From Candidatus Berkelbacteria bacterium (GTDB lineage Bacteria; Patescibacteriota; UBA1384; DTJR01), in contig JAPLVK010000022.1 of the NCBI GenBank assembly GCA_026397175.1, positions 5,689-69,688 of the forward strand: 64,000 nt of DNA, given 5' to 3'. This document shows positions 58,841-64,000 of this stretch, piece by piece. How positions within the stretch are numbered: the first letter of the stretch is position 1; each line of letters begins with the position of its first letter. The notes under the pieces are model-generated. The model was not told the origin of the DNA, ran no database searches, and worked only from the letters and a program-made list of their open reading frames with translations. Both the position numbers and the translations under genes were made by a program.

Positions 58841-59912
58841 TGGATTTGTTTTGCTTCGCTTTCTCAACTTTCTCTTTAGCAATTTGGTAAGCAATCATCA
58901 TCGGAGGAACATTTTTTTCTTTCGATAGCGCAAATACCTGCTTCAAAAGGCCCGGAATTAAGTCGGTTTTCTTGAGCGCATTATTGACATCTTCGCCTCT
59001 CACTTCGCACATACCATGGCAAACTCCTCCTGCATTGATTACAAAGTCAGGAGCATGAAGGATGCCCTTTGCGTACAAAATCCGGCTGTGTTTTACTTCG
59101 TCCTTTAGCTGATTATTCGCTCCACCAGCGATTATTTTGCAATTTAACTCATCAATCGAATCATCATTAATTATTTCTCCGATTGCATTGGGAGAGAAGA
59201 TATCACATTTTACTTTGTGAATTTCTTTTGGATCAACTATCTCAACACTATATTCTTTTTCGTATTTTTTGGTCAGCGCTTCATCAAGATCAGAACCGTA
59301 AATCTTAACATTATGCGAAGAAAGCAGCTCAACAAGCGTCCCACCAACATATCCGAGCCCTTGCACTGCTATAGTTAAGCCGTCAAGATTCTCGTTATTG
59401 AGAAATTCTTTTGCGCATTCCTTAATCCCTTTATAAACGCCGTGTCCGGTTGTTACGCCCGAGCATCCTTTGGAGTTAAAGATGTACTTCGTTTTTTCGC
59501 GAATGATTTTGGCGTCATCGAGGCTAAGTCCCATATCAACTCCGGTTAGAAATGCTCCGCCCAAGGATTCTATGAAATTGCCGATTGCATGCAAAAATTC
59601 TTTGCTTTTTGGTTTACTGGGATCACCGATCACTACCGCTTTTGATCCGCCAAAGGGCTCGTTTATAATTGCATTTTTATATGTCATAGCATAAGAAAGA
59701 CGCAGCGCTTCTTCGATCGCCTTGGCTTCCGAAACATCCACCATTCTGGTTCCGCCCGTGCTTGGCCCCAGTGTGGTATCATGAATCGCTACAACCATTT
59801 TTAATCCGGTCTCCTGGTTGTACCCGAAAATGATTTTCTCGTGCTCGTTGGTTTCCATAATGTCGAAGACATTTGTCTTGATGTCTGGTTCGATATAGGT
59901 GAGTTTTTTCAT
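58818..59912 (-). CDS. Leu/Phe/Val/Trp-type amino-acid dehydrogenase
   Basis: AIHDTTLGPSTGGTRM, MTYKNA, QGLGYVG, GGANNQL, PDFVINAGG; RBS GGAGG. Confidence 0.9.
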   Translation of the reverse strand: MKKLTYIEPDIKTNVFDIMETNEHEKIIFGYNQETGLKMVVAIHDTTLGPSTGGTRMVDVSEAKAIEEALRLSYAMTYKNAIINEPFGGSKAVVIGDPSKPKSKEFLHAIGNFIESLGGAFLTGVDMGLSLDDAKIIREKTKYIFNSKGCSGVTTGHGVYKGIKECAKEFLNNENLDGLTIAVQGLGYVGGTLVELLSSHNVKIYGSDLDEALTKKYEKEYSVEIVDPKEIHKVKCDIFSPNAIGEIINDDSIDELNCKIIAGGANNQLKDEVKHSRILYAKGILHAPDFVINAGGVCHGMCEVRGEDVNNALKKTDLIPGLLKQVFALSKEKNVPPMMIAYQIAKEKVEKAKQNKSNETVKNN

Positions 59913-59934
59913 GAATTCCTCCATAAGTTTATTT

Positions 59935-60129
59935 AATAAAAAAATCTTTCGCTTAAAAGGACGAAAGATTTCTTCCGTGGTGCCACCTTTTTTGCCTGCT
60001 GTTGCAGGCCCCTTAGACACTCCGGTATTACCCGACATGTCTTAGCTCGATTACGGGAGCTCCCGGCGTTGGCTACTATTAGTTCACCAAGCGTCTCGCA
60101 GGCCCATTCTCCTGGTCATCAACTTTCTT
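59935..60129 (-). promoter_or_regulatory. T-box riboswitch, Trp specifier, ultrashort stem I, transcriptional attenuator
   Basis: K-turn GAUGA/GA, apical AGAA-UGG-G, stem II GAA/AGUA, IIA/B CCGUAA, stem III, AAGG-UGGCACC-ACGG antiterminator, U-tailed terminator; promoter TTGACA-17-TATATT at 60164-60136. Confidence 0.85.
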
Positions 60130-60164
60130 AAATTTAATATACAACTAAATATTTATTTTGTCAA

Positions 60165-60204
60165 ATAAATAAACAAACATGGCGCCGTCAGAGACGGCGC
60201 CATG
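60165..60204 (-). terminator. Terminator of the trpS block
   Basis: CATGGCGCCGTC-TCT-GACGGCGCCATG followed by TTTGTTTATTT on the - strand. Confidence 0.7.
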
Positions 60205-60224
60205 GGACGATGCACAAGCAATCG

Positions 60225-61196
60225 CTAGATGATCGCGCGAATTGCTTCGAGCGTTGAGAGTTGCTCGTCGGGGATGACATTGCCGAACACATTGTTCAGC
60301 ACTGTTACCACCCCAGTCGGAGCAACTCCATTGCGGGAGATACAGTAGAGGAAACCCTTCGGGAAGGTCTTCACTTGGACGAAATATTCGGTCGGCGGGA
60401 AAACCATCCCAACCAAACGGTTCAGACCAACCTGGTCAAACCAGTTGGAGAGGAAAAAACCTCCTTGATCTTTACGAACACCGACGACCTGCAGACCAAT
60501 GATGTCTGGCCTCTGGACTAGTTGTCTTGCGGTGCAAGATATCAGTTCTAACTTGAACTCCTCCAGCGCGACCGAATCCAAGTCCGCGCTAAGTTCCATG
60601 CCGGTCTCGATTCGGGAGATCTCCTGGCCGTTGAAAGTCAGGTAGTCGAACCAGAAGTTGTCGCCAAGAATCTCGCGGTTGGCAATGTACTCGTCGAACC
60701 CAGCATTCGGGTAGCCGTGATCAGGGTTCGGGAGGAAGAAGGCCTTAACATCATACACACCCATAATCAGAGTGCGATTGGCGGGTGGAACACCGCCGGC
60801 GATATCGAGGATCGCTCCGGGATGGTAGCTGATATCAGCGCCACATTCCTGACACTTGGCCAGAGTATGGCTCTTGGCCGTTGCGAGCAGATTCGGCGAC
60901 AGGTCGTTGAAGAAAACATTGACCAATCCTCTGTTCGGCGGCTTGCAGGGATCACATCCGGAGCAGATGGCCTGCTTAAAGATCATCAGCGGATCTCGGC
61001 AACCAACCGCTCCACCAAATGTTACAACATTCGAGATACCAGGGATTCTCCTGCAAATCTCGATTACAGCGTCCATCTCACCTGCGTTGTCGACCGTCAT
61101 GTCGGCGGTCTCGTAGATATCAAACTGCCGATCCCAAAACTTGAGTTGGCCCGCCCTATCAAGGGCGGGCTTTCGCCAGGAACACGGGTTTGCCAT
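60225..61196 (-). CDS. Hypothetical protein, divergent class I SAM-methyltransferase-like
   Basis: RBS AGGAGG; FWD...Y, VVTFGGAVG (motif I-like), FFNDLSPNLL (motif II-like), CxxCxxC and CxxC. Confidence 0.55.
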   Translation of the reverse strand: MANPCSWRKPALDRAGQLKFWDRQFDIYETADMTVDNAGEMDAVIEICRRIPGISNVVTFGGAVGCRDPLMIFKQAICSGCDPCKPPNRGLVNVFFNDLSPNLLATAKSHTLAKCQECGADISYHPGAILDIAGGVPPANRTLIMGVYDVKAFFLPNPDHGYPNAGFDEYIANREILGDNFWFDYLTFNGQEISRIETGMELSADLDSVALEEFKLELISCTARQLVQRPDIIGLQVVGVRKDQGGFFLSNWFDQVGLNRLVGMVFPPTEYFVQVKTFPKGFLYCISRNGVAPTGVVTVLNNVFGNVIPDEQLSTLEAIRAII

Positions 61197-61227
61197 AGTG
61201 AACGCCTCCTTGGATTGGTGGAACATT

Positions 61228-61303
61228 TGGCACGCCGGCGGGGACTTGAACCCCGAACCTTCGGTTTTGGAGACCGCTACTCTGCCAATTGAGCTACCGG
61301 CGT
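61228..61303 (-). tRNA. tRNA-Trp (CCA), copy 2, A1-U72
   Basis: ACGCCGG TA GCTC...GCGGT CT CCA AA ACCGA...CCGGCGT G CCA. Confidence 0.93.
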
Positions 61304-61309
61304 GTTTTC

Positions 61310-61768
61310 CTACGCTGATAAGTCACTGATGATTGGGTCAGCGACAAGTAGCAGGTCAGAGAACTTAATCTTCAAGCTCGATGTCCTTTGTCCGAGGCCG
61401 CAGTAAACGGTTTCGGAATCTATCGAAGAGTCGAATGCGGTTACGAGTTGAAGCCCAAACGGCGGGATTGCTCCGATTTCCACATTCAGACGGTCTTGTA
61501 CCTCTTGGGTCGTGGCCAGATCAACCTGGGATCTCGATAGTCCGAAAGCTTTTGCTGCTTTGGATCGTGAGATTCGTTTGTCGCCTGGCAATACAGCTAA
61601 CAGCAAATTGCCGGATCGCTTGTCCTTGAGAATGATGGCCTTAACCATCTGGACATATTCTATGCCCAGCACTCGAAAAACATCATCCGTTGTTATGACC
61701 GCTTCGTGATCAATAACCTCAAACGGCAGGTTACGGTCAGTGAGGATTGCTATCAGTTTGTTTTTCAT
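61310..61768 (-). CDS. YbaK/ProXp-family aminoacyl-tRNA deacylase
   Basis: FEVIDH, MVKAIIL, LAVLPGD, IGAIPPFG, YCGLG. Confidence 0.85.
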   Translation of the reverse strand: MKNKLIAILTDRNLPFEVIDHEAVITTDDVFRVLGIEYVQMVKAIILKDKRSGNLLLAVLPGDKRISRSKAAKAFGLSRSQVDLATTQEVQDRLNVEIGAIPPFGLQLVTAFDSSIDSETVYCGLGQRTSSLKIKFSDLLLVADPIISDLSA

Positions 61769-61787
61769 GATGATCACAGGTTAAAAT

Positions 61788-61863
61788 TGGCACGCCGGCG
61801 GGGACTTGAACCCCGAACCTTCGGTTTTGGAGACCGCTACTCTGCCAATTGAGCTACCGGCGC
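61788..61863 (-). tRNA. tRNA-Trp (CCA), copy 1, G1-U72
   Basis: Identical to 61228-61303 except at position 1. Confidence 0.93.
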
Positions 61864-61873
61864 GCAATTCTAC

Positions 61874-62872
61874 CTAGAACCGTATCAGTCCGACTTTGGT
61901 CCGGACTTCCTCGAGTGTTTCTGTGGCACTTTCGCGCGCCGTGATTCCTCCTTGGTGCAGAACATCGCGCACGAGGTTCTTTTGTCGCGCGAGTACTTGT
62001 CGCCTTTCTTGCATCGGTGCCAGCATGCTAATGACCGCGCTAGCAAAGCAGTCCTTGCACTCAACACAGCCAATTTGGGCATTCTCACAAACCGGTATGA
62101 TGTCTTGGGCGGCTTTATCGGCTCCCAAGACATGCTCCTGTAGTACATAGAGATTACACTCCCAGGGATGTCCCGAGTCGGTGCGTCTCTCACGCTTGGG
62201 GTCTGTGAGGGCATTGCGGCACTTCTGTCTGATAATCTCCTCTGAATCAGTCAGGGCGATTGTCGCACCCGAGGACTTACTCATCTTGCCTTCGCCCCCT
62301 AAGCTCGGGACACGGATGTCCTTGCCGGAAAGCTTCTTGGGGATGGGAAAGGTCAAACCGAATTTGGCGTTGAAGCTCCGGGCCAGATCGCGAGCTATCT
62401 CGAGATGAGGCAGTTGATCTTCACCGACAGGAACGACATTGGCCTTCTGGATGAGAATATCGGCCGCCATAAGTATCGGGTAGGTCAGAAGACCCGTGTT
62501 GATGTTGTCCGGTTGAGACGCCGCTTTTTCCTTGTAGGTAGGGCAACGCTCGAGCACAGAAACCATCATGAGGTTGGACAAAATCCAACTCAATTCAGGG
62601 ATCTGCGGGACAGACGACTGGGCGAAGATGACCGCCTTTTCCGGATCAAGTCCAGCAGCAAGATAGTCCAGTACAAGTTCTCCAAGGTTGTCGCGTAGCT
62701 CGGCCGGGTTAGTTAGCGTCGTCAACGAATGCCAATCAGCCACAAAGAAGTGGCAGTTGTATTCGTCTTGCATCTGGACGAAGTTTCGGATTGCGCCCAG
62801 ATAGTTCCCGAGATGCACATTGCCGGTGGCGCGGATACCCGACACCACAATTGGTTTCAAACTGGTCTCCAT
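61874..62872 (-). CDS. trpS: Tryptophanyl-tRNA synthetase
   Basis: SGIRATG..HLGNYLG, ADWHSLT, YPILMAADI, VPVGEDQ.PHLE, KMSKS. Confidence 0.96.
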   Translation of the reverse strand: METSLKPIVVSGIRATGNVHLGNYLGAIRNFVQMQDEYNCHFFVADWHSLTTLTNPAELRDNLGELVLDYLAAGLDPEKAVIFAQSSVPQIPELSWILSNLMMVSVLERCPTYKEKAASQPDNINTGLLTYPILMAADILIQKANVVPVGEDQLPHLEIARDLARSFNAKFGLTFPIPKKLSGKDIRVPSLGGEGKMSKSSGATIALTDSEEIIRQKCRNALTDPKRERRTDSGHPWECNLYVLQEHVLGADKAAQDIIPVCENAQIGCVECKDCFASAVISMLAPMQERRQVLARQKNLVRDVLHQGGITARESATETLEEVRTKVGLIRF

Positions 62873-63069
62873 TTAGATTCTCCATTCTATCAAAAATGCA
62901 TCGCGTTAGACACGATCTTGTACTCTTTATAACAGATAAATTAATATTGTCAACACTCCTGTTAATTTAGTTTTAACTTAAACTATTCAGGATCTATTGC
63001 TCGAAAAAACCTGTTTATTCTCATCTGGCTAATGAGATAATAGTACTTCTTCACAAAAGTTACATGGCC

Positions 63070-64000
63070 CTACAAGATTGGTGCCGAGAAGTTTTCGTCT
63101 TTGAGTTTGTCGAGGACTTCCAGCTCTTTAGATTTTTCGCGTGAAATTTCCCGCTCGGCCTCGGCTTTATTGATACAATAATTCGCGCGCGAGTTTGCGA
63201 CAATTTGTTCTTTAAATGAAGTTGTAACTTCGGGAACGGTCAGTGTTTTGGCGGAGAAGGCCTCTTTGACCTCTTCGTCAATTGAAAGTTTGAGATAAAT
63301 TTCGCGAACACCCAAATTTGTAATATCAATGGCTTTAAATCGCGGCTCAAATTCTTGCTCCAAAAGCGCGGCATCCTCCGGCCCGATTCTAAAGGAGATG
63401 ATCGAGCCGACATTTCCAAAAACCGTTTTGCGAATAACTTCTGAAAGCTGCGAAACATATTGATGAGACATGGTCAGCGATAATTTATATTTCCTTGATT
63501 CTGACAAGATGTTTGAAAATGATTCGGTGGCAAAGTTTTGAAACTCATCAACATTAAGATAAAACGGCACGCGTTGATTTTCAGCAACATCGGCGCGAGC
63601 GAGCGCGGTTTGATAAATTCTGGTGATCAACATCGCGCCCAAAAGAGAAACATTTTCTTCGCCCAAAATCCCCTTCGGCAATTTAACCAGAAGGATCTTT
63701 TTGTTATCCATAATATCTTTGAGCACAACTTTATTTTCTTCTTGACCGACAATATTTCGAATCAGAGCGTTTGAAACAAACTGGCCGATTTTATTTAAAA
63801 TCGGCATAATCGCTTCGGAGTCAAACTTTTCCGACCAGCCGGCAAATTCGTTGGTCCAGAAATTTTTAACAACTTGATCTTCGATCGTTTTGATAATTTC
63901 TTGACGATATTCTCGGTCGGTTAAAATAAGCAAAATTGACATAACCGAGGCCTTGGGCGCGTCAAGCAAAGCCAAAAGCGTCATTCTTAAAACATGCTCG
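63070..64000 (-). CDS. VirB4/VirD4(TraD)-like ATPase, C-terminal part (5' end outside window)
   Basis: PILNKIG, FYLNVDEFQNF, LSESRKY, HQY..QL, VFGNVG. Confidence 0.85.
   Translation of the reverse strand, partial: EHVLRMTLLALLDAPKASVMSILLILTDREYRQEIIKTIEDQVVKNFWTNEFAGWSEKFDSEAIMPILNKIGQFVSNALIRNIVGQEENKVVLKDIMDNKKILLVKLPKGILGEENVSLLGAMLITRIYQTALARADVAENQRVPFYLNVDEFQNFATESFSNILSESRKYKLSLTMSHQYVSQLSEVIRKTVFGNVGSIISFRIGPEDAALLEQEFEPRFKAIDITNLGVREIYLKLSIDEEVKEAFSAKTLTVPEVTTSFKEQIVANSRANYCINKAEAEREISREKSKELEVLDKLKDENFSAPIL

Noticed and set aside
59913-60038. N-terminal extension of the dehydrogenase ORF to 60038
   Set aside because: It runs through the T-box terminator; the RBS supports ATG at 59912.
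61228-61863. Integrative element bounded by tRNA-Trp att sites
   Set aside because: Both tRNAs are complete, no integrase is present, and the GC-rich block extends beyond both copies.

Overview
Chromosomal window from an AT-rich, small-genome bacterium. Gene content (type IV pilus cluster without a secretin, ComM/YifB, Cys-rich Zn-ribbon protein, PaaX/Cas2-like gene, VirB4/VirD4-like ATPase, many short palindromic repeats) points to Patescibacteria/CPR; this is an inference. TGA is used as a stop codon. Housekeeping genes include pgeF, comM, guaA, miaA, rsmA, pcrA, ftsH, rnhA, gdhA and trpS. There is a ~17 kb pilus/surface-protein cluster, five tRNA genes (fMet, Met-CAT, Ile-UAU, two Trp-CCA), a minimal cobalamin riboswitch and an accessory island at 49.4-57.7 kb. 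Most notable: (1) a Trp-centred locus in which a GC-rich trpS - tRNA-Trp - YbaK-like deacylase - tRNA-Trp - methyltransferase-like block sits directly upstream of an ultrashort-stem-I Trp T-box controlling an amino-acid dehydrogenase plus aminotransferase; (2) an unassigned ~420-nt structured RNA candidate with its own promoter (9477-9900); (3) four long perfect CGATCG-centred palindromes, two bracketing a PaaX/Cas2-like gene; (4) a ~170-nt two-hairpin element present twice with compensatory changes; (5) a RaSEA-like radical SAM-GNAT fusion; (6) an XRE-HTH-Hsp20 fusion with an operator over a leaderless promoter. All calls are by eye from sequence and ORF translations; no searches were run.
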